Shown here: piece by piece, positions 1-10,974 of the stretch | Numbering within the stretch: the stretch's first letter is position 1 | Layout of the letters: every line of letters starts with the position of its first letter | DNA from: Moniliella sp. 'wahieum' | Lineage: Eukaryota | Assembly: GCA_003971905.1 (NCBI GenBank) | Contig: RSEE01000135.1 | Location: forward strand, 1 to 64,000 | DNA length: 64,000 nucleotides | Direction: 5' to 3' | Program-made: the position numbers and the translations under genes | The notes under the pieces: model-generated | Databases searched by the model: none | Told to the model about the DNA's origin: nothing | The model's input: only the letters and a program-made list of their open reading frames with translations

Positions 1-348
1 ATCAGGGACGGCCGGGGGGGGACCTACCGGACCAGGCGGAGCAGCCTCAGCAGGGGCAGGATGAGCGAGGCCCGGCGGGGGAGACTGCGAACCAGCCCGA
101 GCAGCCTGAGAATTGGCGGCAGGAGCGAGGCCCGGCGGGGGGGAGACTGCGAACCAGCCGAGCAGCCTGAGCGTAGGGCAGGAGCGAGGCTCGGCGGGGG
201 GAGACTGCGAACCAGCCCGAGCGGGCTGAGCAGACGGCGGAGTAGCGGCCGGACGGGCAGGAGGCGTCGAAGGCATCGGGGACGGGGCGCGTGGTGAATG
301 GGCAGGATTGCCGCGGGGATTGTGGGCGGGGATGGGAGAAGTGGACAT
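1..348 (-). CDS. Partial Pro/Ala/Ser-rich repeat protein, 3' end beyond the window edge
   Basis: ATG at 348 in CCACCATG context. The frame stays open for 116 codons to the window edge (MSTSPIPAHNPRGNPAH...). The 60-bp repeat translates as a 20-aa unit (AANSQAARAGSQSPPPGLAP-like). No recognisable domain. Confidence 0.35.
   Translation of the reverse strand, partial: MSTSPIPAHNPRGNPAHSPRAPSPMPSTPPARPAATPPSAQPARAGSQSPPAEPRSCPTLRLLGWFAVSPPPGLAPAANSQAARAGSQSPPPGLAHPAPAEAAPPGPVGPPPAVPD
11..240. repeat. ~60-bp tandem repeat, about 4 copies
   Basis: Recurrent CGGCGGGGGAGACTGCGAACCAGCCCGAGCAGCCTGAG...GGAGCGAGGC at ~60-bp spacing. Confidence 0.85.
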
Positions 349-892
349 GGTGGGATGCGGTTGGGCGTGAAGCACAGTGCGATGGGTGGGGGGGGCGGGG
401 GAAGGGGCGGGGGAAGGGGGGGGGAAGGGGGGGGGGGGGGACAGGGCAAGGATGCGTGGGTTAAAGAGTGGGCTTGCTGGCTGGGGCAGACCCCCAGGCC
501 AGCTGGCGCCCATGCCGGCTGGTGCGTCCCCCCTGCGGGAAGGTGCCGGGCAGCGGCGAGGCTCAGGTGCGGTCCCGGGCAGCCAGCGGCGAGGCTCAGG
601 TGCGGCGCCCACGCCGCCAGCAGGCGCGAGCGCATGCCAGGGACGATGGTGGTCAGGCAGACCAACAGGCACGAGCGGCACCGCTGCGCACGGCCCCCGG
701 CACATGGCACCCATCACCCATCCCAACCCACACGCTCACCGCTCGCCTCACCGCTCCCGCGGGTGGATGATTTCTTTCCGCCGGCCTGCCGCGGTGCGCT
801 TGGCCTGTATCCTGGCGCCCCTTGTCTCTGTTGACCACCACCGTCGTTACCCCCTGCACCCATCGCCCCGCCTGGCCCGCCCAGGAACGCAC

Positions 893-992
893 CACCGTCG
901 TTGCCGATCCCCAATGAGCGCCTGGCCCAGGCACCACCCAGCCCAGACTCGGCACTGGCCACGGTGCCAGCAGCGTTCGAGGGCCCGCTGTT
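893..992 (+). repeat. Diverged copy of 2042-2145
   Basis: Shared GTCGTTGCCGATCCCCAA, GCCCAGGCACCACCCAG and GCAGCGTT.GAGGGCC blocks in the same order. Confidence 0.6.
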
Positions 993-2089
993 TCCGCAAC
1001 GAAAGCTCACCGCAGTGTGCCCTGCTTGATGTGGAACATGGGTCGGATCCACACACTGCACCCCAACACATCTTTCACGCCCGTGTGGTGGCAGCACACC
1101 TTCCTGGTCTGACACAGATCGTTATGCAGGTAAAACCTGGGACGGCTCGGCGCATCAGGGTTCCAGCTCTGGCTCTGCCCCTGCCAGCGACTGCAAACAC
1201 AAACCAAGACCGCTGAGCGCCCTCGAGCAAATCCACACCTCAGTCGTGTTCACATCCTACCCCAGCTCGAGCCAGCCCGAGTCCGCTGGTCAGGCCCGGA
1301 CCAGAATCAGACACGGTTCAGGCGCCAGTCTGATGATCCATGACCCCACCCAGGTCGAACCAACCCCCCTGCCCCCCACCCGTAATCTGCCCTCCCTCTT
1401 CTGCCATCCACAATGGGGTCTCGTACGTAGATCCAATGACCATCTCGTTTTGCCCTGATCGCCGTGTCCACCCGAGCCACAACATAAACAAGTCGCATGT
1501 TCCAGCCTAGTGGCACGGCGCACACCCTGGCGACACCATCGAGCTGGGCCATAAATCAAACCCGGCAGCACCTGACCCAACGGCCAGCGCGACACCCAAT
1601 GAGAGTCAGAAGGAGAGAATCACAGACGAAAGATTGGCGGATGCAGTGGCTGACGCCCTCGCCGCTCCAGGGGAAGAACCAGGCACGGGGGATAAACAGC
1701 ACGCTGGCTCATCAGGTGGTGGGAGAAACAAAGATGAGCGGCTTTCGCTCCCGTGGGACCCAAAGCACCCCCCCCCCCGCAAACACAGGCCTAACGGCAA
1801 GGTGGAAGAGACAGACTAGCCTCTGCAAAGGCCATAGCAGATGGCGCATGTCGAACGCCTTGACACCGGAGGAGGACGAAAAAACAAGTGCTGGAGCAAA
1901 GACAAGTATCCGGGTGGAGGCGGAAGAAACAGGATGCGACGCAAATTGACACAGAACGCAAGCATAGTATCGAGACAGGGACCGTGGCTGCCGCCATGAG
2001 TTGCCACTATGACACTAGTGATTGCATTGGCCAGGAACGGGCCTACTGTCGTTGCCGATCCCCAACTGGGCGCTCGCCCAGGCACCACC

Positions 2090-3129
2090 CAGGCAAGAGT
2101 CGGGACTGGACACGGCGCAAGCAGCGTTGGAGGGCCGGCTATATTTGCTCAGGGCAAGCTCAGCGCACTGGTGTGCACTGTCCTGATCTGCAGCATGCAT
2201 CGAAACACAGTTGGCATTTGCACCCCAGGCCCACCGGCAGTACAGCAGGGCCGCACTTTTGCAGTGAATCCCAACCGAGCTGGACCGAAGGCCTGAACGT
2301 TGAAGGCCTGAGGCCTGGGCGCTGGGCGTTAAGCACTGGCAGCTCAGACTGAGCGCTGGGCCTGAGGGACGTGCGGGAGCGCGCTGCCAACGATGTACCT
2401 GAGCGCACACCCTGCGCCACTGCGTCCTCCTCCGCAGGAGGCCGCCCCCCCCGCTCCGGCACGCGGCATCTTGGCAGCAGCTGCAAGCATTGGCACGTCA
2501 CGCTTTTGCAGCTCCAGGCCAGCCCCGGCGTTCAACATTCAACGCTCCCGGTAACGCACGTGGATGCGGTCGCCTGTCGGGCGTACCATCGTCACCAAAC
2601 CGCGGCGTCCACAGCGCGTCGCATGTCACACACCCATTGTAACCCACCCTCACACGTACATGCAATGCCCCATCCCGGTCATGCCACCGCGGTTGCACTC
2701 TGGCTCCACCCCGCACGGAACATTCCCCGCCCCGGACCCTGTCACATCCGTTGCCGCATGCGGCTTTAGCGTGTGTCACATGTCACATGGCACATGCGGG
2801 CTCATTAGTAAGTAGCCCCCATGCCGATCATTTCGAGCTGGCACCGCCAGGACACTGGCCCCGCACCCAAACTGTCAGAGGTCACCAACCGTCAGGCACC
2901 TCCCTTCGCCCTCCGCACGTTTCAGAGGGCCAGCGTAAACTCTGCATTCCAGCACACAGGCCCCGCGCCCAAACTGTCAGAGGTCACCATCTGTCAGGCG
3001 CCACATTTTCGCACTTACACACTGTGGTGCCTGACATTTGCAACCTCTGCAATTCTGAGACGAAAAACGTCATTTTCATAGAGAAAATCGACGGAGTTAT
3101 GCAGTCCTTCACGTGAATATCTGACTAGG
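2090..3129 (+). repeat. ~1.05-kb direct repeat, copy 1
   Basis: Near-identical to 5077-6137 from CAGGC.AGAGTCGGGACTGGAC to GTGAATATCTGACTAGG. Contains an internal ~100-bp duplication (AAACTGTCAGAGGTCACCA twice). Confidence 0.95.
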
Positions 3130-3944
3130 CAGAGCGTCGGACGGGGACGGCATGGCAAGCTGCACGGTCTGCTGGGACGGGTGCGAGGCAAGTGGGTACA
3201 TGGGCGAGACGAGCTTCCAGATGGCCAAGCCAAGCGTCCAGACGGCCCACTCAAGCGCGGCAGCGGTGGCAGCAGCCGAGACGGTGACCTTGGACGGCCA
3301 GGACGCCAGACCGAGGCCAGCAAGCATGCACAACGCCATGCACCATCCCCTGCACCATTCCCTGCTTCCGCTTGGCCGGCCCGACGGTGGCGATGGCCGA
3401 ATGAATAGTGATGGTGGCCGAGTCAATGGTGGGGATGGCCTGGGCGTGCGTGGGAGGTGGGAGCGCGGCGCTGGGGCGGGTGGGGAGGCAGGGGGACGTG
3501 AGAAAGCCGGCCCGGGACGGGGTGGGAGGTGGCTGCAGAGACACAGAAGCTGGGCAGACGACAGAAGCGTGTGGGTCAGCGGAGGCCTGGGGGGTGGCAG
3601 ATGAGGCGCGGGAAGCGTGAAGTGGAAGATTGGAGGCTCAGAACGAGGGGGTTAAACGAGGCAACAGACCTTGGGGGGCGGGCAAAGCCAGCCGGGTTGG
3701 GGGGGGGGGCGTGGTAAGAAACCAACCAGATCCGTCGCCTGGCCCGTGCATTCATCCGCCGCTGGCTGAAAATATTAACATTTGCAATTGCACCGATGCA
3801 CGCGCAGCCTGCGCGGTCAGATTGGCTCGGCCGCCACCAAATCGACCAAGCCGCCACCACCACCAACGCATCCACCGCCACACGCCCGTTCTCCATCGCG
3901 GTGCATCGTCTTGCCCCCACGCGTGCGCGTCTGAAGAGGACTAC

Positions 3945-4556
3945 CTGGGGCACGCTACGCCACCACTCGTGCTCTGACTCGTCCCAAATTGGTGGGGCAC
4001 CGACGCTGTTTGTTGGGACCGTGCGCCGTCGGGACCGCACCTGAGGTAATTGGATGTGGTGTAACCTCAATCCTGGACCGAATCAAAAGCGCATCATCAT
4101 TCTTGAAAGCCTTGATTCTGGGCTACGCTACACCGTTGACAGATCTCTGATTCGTCCAGAATTGGTTGAACGCCGCCAGCATCAACATCGACCATCCGCT
4201 GTTTGGACCTAACCTCTGATGTTCACATGTGGTGTGACCCCAATCCGGGCCCAATCTGCGTGCCCCTGACCTCCCATGGAAGCCCTGCTTCTGATGCAAG
4301 ATGTGCATGTATGCAATCTATTGTTTGATGAGGATTGGTGCTGTGCCGGCACCGTCAACATAGACCCTCATCCGAATCAAGCTAACATCAGATGTTGGGG
4401 CGTGTTCTGACCTCAATGCTGGACCAATCCTGGAGCGCCTTACCTCCCCTGGAAGCCCTGCTTGTAGTGCACGATGGGGCGCGACGATCTCTGACATCCG
4501 ACGACAACTGGTGGAGCGGCGGCGCCATCAACACCCACCTGCCCGTGTTTGGACCT
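3945..4556. repeat. Degenerate 173-bp tandem repeat, about 3.5-4 units
   Basis: Landmarks recur at exactly 173 bp: CCTCAAT/CCCCAAT at 4065, 4238, 4411; TCAAC at 4182, 4355, 4528; A(T/C)TGG at 3988, 4161, 4334, 4507. Confidence 0.75.
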
Positions 4557-5076
4557 GCTGTGCACCATCGCTTCAGCTGGAGGACAGATGCAGATGGTAG
4601 TCGATGTAGGCCTGCCCTGGTGGAAGGCGAGGGAGTACGCTGCAGCGGGAGGCTTGGATGAGGCGTGCACCTGAGCGGGAGCGGCTGGGATCGATGCATG
4701 CTGGGATGAGATGGTGGCGTATGCCGGCGGGACCAAAATGGCGATATCTCAGCCGTCTCTCATCCGTTCTGGCTCACATTTGGCATGCTACCAACGGTAA
4801 GCAAGCACTGTTGGAGGCATGCATCAGATCCTCCATCTGCCTCACGATCAGGGGCAACGCGCATAGAGGGTGCTAGCGCCAAATGAAGCACGGATATGGA
4901 CGATGCTCACCACGAGACGGCCATGCATGGTGACATGGGTGGTGGTGGTGGTGGATGTGGCTGGGGTTGGGGCGGTGGTGGTGGCGTGGCGGCGCTGGAT
5001 TAATGGTTTGCGCACACCAACATCAGATGCGCTGCGCCGGCAGCGCGCACAGCGGTGGACAGCGGTCGGATGGCCA

Positions 5077-6137
5077 CAGGCCAGAGTCGGGACTGGACAC
5101 GGCGCAAGCAGCGTTGGAGGGCCGGCTATATTTGCTCAGGGCAAGCTCAGCGCACTGGTGTGCACTGTCCTGATCTGCAGCATGCATCGAAACACAGTTG
5201 GCATTTGCACCCCAGGCCCACCCGGCAGTACAGCAGGGCCGCGCTTTTGCAGTGAATCCCAACCGAGCTGGACCGAAGGCCTGAACGTTGAAGGCCTGAG
5301 GCCTGGGCGCTGGGCGTAAGCACTGGCAGCTCAGACTGAGCGCTGGGCCTGAGGGACGTGCGGGAGCGCGCTGCCAACGATGTACCTGAGCGCACACCCT
5401 GCGCCACTGCGTCCTCCGCAGGAGGCCGCCCCCCCCGCTCCGGCACGCGGCATCTTGGCAGCAGCTGCAAGCATTGCGCGTCACGCTTTTGCAGCTCCAG
5501 GCCAGCCCCGGCGTTCAACATTCAACGCTCCCCGGTAACGCACGTGGATGCGGTCGCCTGTCGGGCGTACCATCGTCACCAAACCGCGGCGTCCCCAGGG
5601 CGTCGCATGTCACACACCCATTGTAACCCACCCTCACACGTACATGCAATGCCCCATCCCGGTCATGCCACCGCGGTTGCACTCTGGCTCCACCCCGCAC
5701 GGAACATTCCCCGCCCCGGACCCTGTCACATCCGTTGCCGCATGCGGCGTTAGCGTGTGTCACATGTCACATGGCACATGCCGTGTTAGCGGGCGGCACA
5801 TGCGGGCTCATTAGTAAGTAGCCCCCATGCCGATCATTTCGAGCTGGCACCGCCAGGACACTGGCCCCGCACCCAAACTGTCAGAGGTCACCAACCGTCA
5901 GGCACCTCCCTTCGCCCTCCGCACGTTTCAGACGGGCCAGCGTAAACTCTGCATTCCAGGACACAGGCCCCGCGCCCAAACTGTCAGAGGTCACCATCTG
6001 TCAGGCGCCACATTTTCGCACTTACACACTGTGGTGCCTGACATTTTGCAACCTCTGCAATTCTGAGACGAAAAACGTCATTTTCATAGAGAAAATCGAC
6101 GGAGTTATGCAGTCCTTCACGTGAATATCTGACTAGG
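5077..6137 (+). repeat. ~1.05-kb direct repeat, copy 2
   Basis: Near-identical to 2090-3129 apart from small indels. Confidence 0.95.
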
Positions 6138-6557
6138 GTAGATAGCTCGCTACCCGAAGGGGAGGGAGTTATGCCGAGGCGATAGCTCGCTATAAAATCG
6201 TCCGCTCTATGCAGCATATGGCCTCCGTTTTTCGATTGGGCCACCCGTTCAAAAGTTACACCCACCCATCCCTAACCCTACCCACCCCGACCCACCCCAT
6301 CCGTCGTATCTCGGCCGTGCACGGTCCGTTTGACCTCAGATTTCACACACCCCAGTCCAGAGGGTGCCCTTCCGATCCCCCTGCCACCAAAACATGACAC
6401 CCCTCTGGGCCGAATACAACACGTTCAAAGAAAAATGTTGGGCTACCCCCCAAACGACACCGAATATGGTGTCTGCCAGGTAGATCAGGAGGTGTGCTGA
6501 AAAAAAATATTTTTGCGTTGGGTGGTGGTGGTAGGTGGTGGCGACGGCCTTCCGGGT

Positions 6558-6591
<34 letters not shown>

Positions 6592-8054
6592 TTGCTATTT
6601 AATTAATGCTGGTCACCGGTGGGCGGTCACCGGGTGCGCCGGGGGTCATGACGGCAAGGCCAAAAATACCCTCGGATACATCAGGTGGGATCCCTCCAGT
6701 ACATCTAGATGTATCACAGGGATCTCGTGACACAGCCAGTCCCGTGACATCCCTCGGGAGTTGGGAATATGTCTAGGCCGTCGGCCAACATCTCGCAGGC
6801 GGCGGTCACCGTTGGGCGGTCACCGGGCTGGCCGGCGGGCCCGGCCGTGACTACATAGGTCATAGGCCTCAGGACTATTGAGGTATCGCATACGGGCTAG
6901 CCCGGTGGCGATAACCTCTGCCTCGATTGTTATGCGCCAGGGGACTATTGAATCTTTGAACATACGTCTAGGCTGCATGAGCGCCAGCTGCGCGCTGGGG
7001 GCGGAGAGGACGATGGCGGCGCTGGGCATGGTATGGTGGTGGTGGCGGCGCTCAACATGGTGGTGAGAGTGGTGGCGCGGCTGCAGCGGGGGGTGCAAGT
7101 GATGCGCCACACGTAATTAAAACGCCACTGGTATTTGCAAACTGGCGAGGGGGACGCGCGTGGCCGCCGCCCTCGTCACCCGGGGGCGTGGGGGGTGGGT
7201 GACGCCCCCTGACAGGCTTGGACGGCCGGCCAGAGGAATCAAATCTACCCAAATCCTTCCACGTAGACGGCACGGAGGGTACCCAGGTACTTTTTGTTCC
7301 TCTGGCACTCAATCCAGGAGCGGAATCTTCCCATCCATTCCGGAAAATATGTCTAGGCCAGGGCCTGTCGGCCCGCCGGCCCGGCCCAGAGCTTGTACAA
7401 TTTTCACCAACCGGGCTCGCTGGTTTTCACCTAGTGGTTTTTCAAACAAGGTGGGGGCCGATTTCAAATTGAAAATCACCAATTGATGCTGACAACATAT
7501 GTCTAGGGCACATGTCCATGTCATGTCGCATGTCAAATCGCGCATGCTGCATGCCCCATGCGCTGCATCACCGCACCGCGGCACCTGTCACCTGTCACGC
7601 GTCACGCGCCACCAGCGCACCAGCCACCGCAGTACCACGCATGTCCAAGCCAGTCTCCAGTCACTCATCACGCGTCACTTGTCAGTACCATGTCAGTACT
7701 CATTACATCATTGTATGTCATTCTATTGATGATTCGATGATCGACGTCCTCGGTCATCGGTGTGGCTCGGTGACTCCTCGGCGATGATCGATACGCCCGC
7801 GGTCCAGTGCTCCGACCGCCGGGCCTCGGCCTCAGCGGTGGTGCAGCCACTGCACCTGCGTGCGAGTGCTCCCACTGCCTGCGCCCCAGCTTTGGTGTCG
7901 TACCGCCTGCACCTGCATGATAGTACTTCAACACCTCAGCGCTGGTGGCTGGTGCCGCACCGGCTGTGCCTCAGTGCTGGTGCGGTCCTGCCTGCACTTG
8001 CATGTGCATGATGCATGACATGCATGATAGCGCCTCAAGCTTCGACGTCTTCAA

Positions 8055-8112
8055 CGCCTCAGGCCTCAGGTCACCGGTCAGGCCTCAGGCCTCAGGCCTC
8101 AGGCGCCTCAGG
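8055..8112. repeat. (GGCCTCA)n heptamer run
   Basis: GCCTCAGGCCTCAGG...CAGGCCTCAGGCCTCAGGCCTCAGG. Confidence 0.8.
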
Positions 8113-8832
8113 GCAGCACCCAATGCGAATCACAGGTCGCATTGGCACACCAAGTGCACGGGCCATGCGGCTTGCACTGTGCCTGACATGGACTGGGGCC
8201 ACAACGCCTGCCGCATCGCAGAGCACCGCCGCTACGCCCGCTGCCCCTTGTTTGCTGCCGTTCACAACGGCAACGCCGCCACGCTGCACCCGCCAGATGC
8301 CAGTGTAGGAGAGCTCGGCCAGCGCTCAACGCTCAGCGGACGTGCCTGCAGGCCCAACTGCCCCGCGCACCACCTCGCACGCCCCCGCGCCCCCCGCCTC
8401 CTTCTCGTGGCCTGCTGGACTGAGGCATTGATGGGACTGATGATGAATGGATCAACATCTGGTCAATCTGCGTGCGGGATGGGTGTCCACCTGGCCATCT
8501 GCATGCGCCAGCACCATCCCCAGACCTCCTGGACCTCTCCACCCACCACGCGCTTGCACTGCAACTCATGATCCCACAACAGTAACAGCCAAGCTGATAG
8601 CGATGGTACACTATGGGTGCCGGGGGGTTGCATGAGCACGGGCGCGGCAGAGTCGTAGCAGATGTATGGCAGGTCGTCGGTACTGCCCCAGGAAGCGCCT
8701 CGGAAGGTGGCTATCGAGGGGCTGCGCGAGCAGCGGCCCGAGCCACCGCTTGTTCCATGGTTAGAATAGCTCAAGCGCACGTCGTAACTTCTAACTTGTC
8801 AACCAGCGAGAGGACCACCGGGCCGACGGCCT

Positions 8833-9056
8833 GGTTGAACACGTTGAACGTTGAACGTTGAACGTTGACCGTTGAGCTTGAGCTTGAGCCTCAGGGGCCG
8901 CAAGCTTGACCTCAAGGCTGAGCGGTTGAACGTCGAGCGGTTGAACTTCAACGTTCAACCTTGAACGGTTGAACTGTTGAACGGTTGACCGGTTGAACGT
9001 TGAACGTTGAACGTTGAACGTTGAATATTGAATGTTGAACGTTGAACGTTGAAGAC
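8833..9056. repeat. (GTTGAAC)n heptamer satellite
   Basis: Many exact and variant GTTGAAC units in 7-bp phase. Confidence 0.9.
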
Positions 9057-9486
9057 GTAATCCCAATGCGGGGTCACCTTAACCGGCATATATATGTCAT
9101 GCCCCCCGGGGGTTGACCCTGTTCAAAACAGTGTATGTTTGCGAATTCGCGCCGGCTTGCGCTGCAACCTAGATCAGTCGAAAGCTACGAAGCACGCGCG
9201 TTTCATAATGGGTAGAGGTCGTCCACGTTATCGATAAAAAAAATACCAAGTGGGCGGAGTACCTCGGGTGACCCCCTCCTATGACACATTTTTGGGTGTG
9301 GTGCGCCAACCAGTGGTGGTGGTGGTGAGCCAATGGTACCGTTAGACTCGTACAGTGCCGCCGCACGCGCTCCGGCCATCAGAAACATCAAAAATAGCAG
9401 TTTCAAAAACCCGCCCCTAAATCTGGACCGGTCGGACACCCTTGTAATATACCCCCCCCATACCCCCCCCTCCAAACACCCTGTGT

Positions 9487-9604
9487 ATCCGCGGCCATAG
9501 AACTGTGAAAGCACCGCATCCCGTCCGATCTGCGAAGTTAACCACAGTATCGCCCAGTCAGTACTACGGTGGGGGACCACGTGGGAATCCTCGGTGCCGC
9601 GGTT
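9487..9604 (+). rRNA. 5S rRNA, same strand as the 35S unit
   Basis: 118 nt, ATCCGCGGCCATAGAACTGTGAAAGCACCGCATCCCGTCCGATCTGCGAAGTTAAC...GGTGGGGGACCACGTGGGAATCCTCGGTGCCGCGGTT. Matches basidiomycete 5S; the two ends pair (CCGCGGC/GCCGCGG). Confidence 0.97.
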
Positions 9605-9605
9605 C

Positions 9606-9610
9606 TTTTT
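9606..9610 (+). terminator. Pol III oligo-T terminator of 5S
   Basis: TTTTT immediately after the 5S 3' end. Confidence 0.75.
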
Positions 9611-9899
9611 GCCCCCCCCCTCTTTGGTACGTGCCCCCCTCCCGCCCTCCTTTTGCACACCCACCCTCCATCGGCAGGGCTCCCCCCCGTACTAATACAC
9701 CCCGCCCCCATCGGCCACCGTTGCGGCGCTACACCCCATTCTACCCCCCATCTTTGACCCCCCGCCCATGCCCGGCAAGTGTTCCCCCCGCGCCCCCACT
9801 CCGCCCACACCTCCTTCCCACCCCCCTCTCCACTTCGTTCTAATACCACTTGGCCGTACCTCCAACGGTTCAGCAGCTACAGCACTTCCCCGCATACCT

Positions 9900-10930
9900 C
9901 ACCCTATAGTGCACATAGTACCTTCAGTGGTGCCCCCCTCCCTGGGTACCCACCCTACTGCTGCCCCACTCCACCCAGCACTAGTCCAATCCCTCCTCTA
10001 CAAGTCCAATTAGAGCCCCCCAGCCGCAGCTCCCACCGTCGAGGAGCTATAGTGCTGACCTCACCGCCTTCACCCTATAGGACCATGTGTACACCGTCAC
10101 CCCTCCGTGGGTACTCACCCTACAGCTGCCCCACTCCACCCAGCGCTAGTCCCACCCGTCCTCTAGAGGTCCAATTAGAACACCCCGCCCGCGGGACCAA
10201 CGGTGGAGGAGCTGTCGTGCTACCCTCGGCGGCCCTCACCCTATAGGACCATATATACCAATGGTACCACCTTCCAACCATCACCCCTCCCTGAGTACTC
10301 ACCCTGCAGCTGTCCCACTCCCCCCAGGTCTAGTCCATAGCTCCCTCTCCAAGTCCAATTAGTGCACTTTCGGGGTAGCAGCACATGGGGAGGGAGATGT
10401 GGTACTCTCCGTGCTCTTCACCCTATATAGTACATATACTGTCGGTACCACCTACCACCCGTCACCCCTCCCTCACCACTCCCGACAGCTGCCCCGCTTC
10501 GGCCAGCGCTAGTCCATAGCTCCCTCTCCAGGTCCAATTAGTACACTTCCGGGGTAGCAGCACATGGGGAGGGAGAAGTGGTACCCTCTGTGCTCTTCAC
10601 CCTATATAAGACCATATATACCCTCCGTACCACCTTCCAACCATCACCCCTCCATGACCACTCACCCGACAGCTGCCCCACTTCGCCCAGCTCTAGTCCT
10701 AGGCTGCCGTACCAAGTCCAATTAGTGCACTTTCGGGGTAGCAGCACATGGGGAGGGAGAAGTGGTACCCTCCGTGCTCTTCACCCTATATAGGACATAT
10801 ACTGTCGATACCACCTACCAACCGTCACCCCTCCATGACCACTCACCCGACAGCTGCCCCACTTCGCCCAGCGCTAGTCCTCGGCTGCCGTACCAAGTCC
10901 CATTAGTGCACTTCCGCCACAGCAGCAACC
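9900..10930. repeat. IGS2 ~180-bp subrepeat array, about 6 units
   Basis: GTCC(A/C)ATTAG at 10004, 10169, 10353, 10532, 10716, 10897. Each unit has CAGCTG.CCC, CTAGTCC and TCACCCTATA motifs. Confidence 0.9.
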
Positions 10931-10974
10931 CTAGTACACCTCACTTAGTACCATTCACCCTACAGACCCCTGTA

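Noticed and set aside
4392..4661. Ulp1-protease-like motif (DNWWSGGAINTHL)
   Set aside because: Lies in a 173-bp non-triplet repeat whose other units have stops; no catalytic motifs.
3850..4955. Weak inverted similarity flanking the 173-bp array (possible TIRs)
   Set aside because: Driven mostly by CCA/TGG triplet runs and too weak to support by eye.
2090..6137. LTR retrotransposon or Helitron
   Set aside because: No TG...CA ends, PBS/PPT or gag-pol, and the terminal CTAG is followed by G rather than the T of a Helitron A/T target.
8833..9056. Telomeric repeat
   Set aside because: Internal, degenerate and lacking G-rich strand asymmetry.
9900..10930. CRISPR-like array
   Set aside because: Eukaryotic context, and whole units are homologous with no unique spacers.
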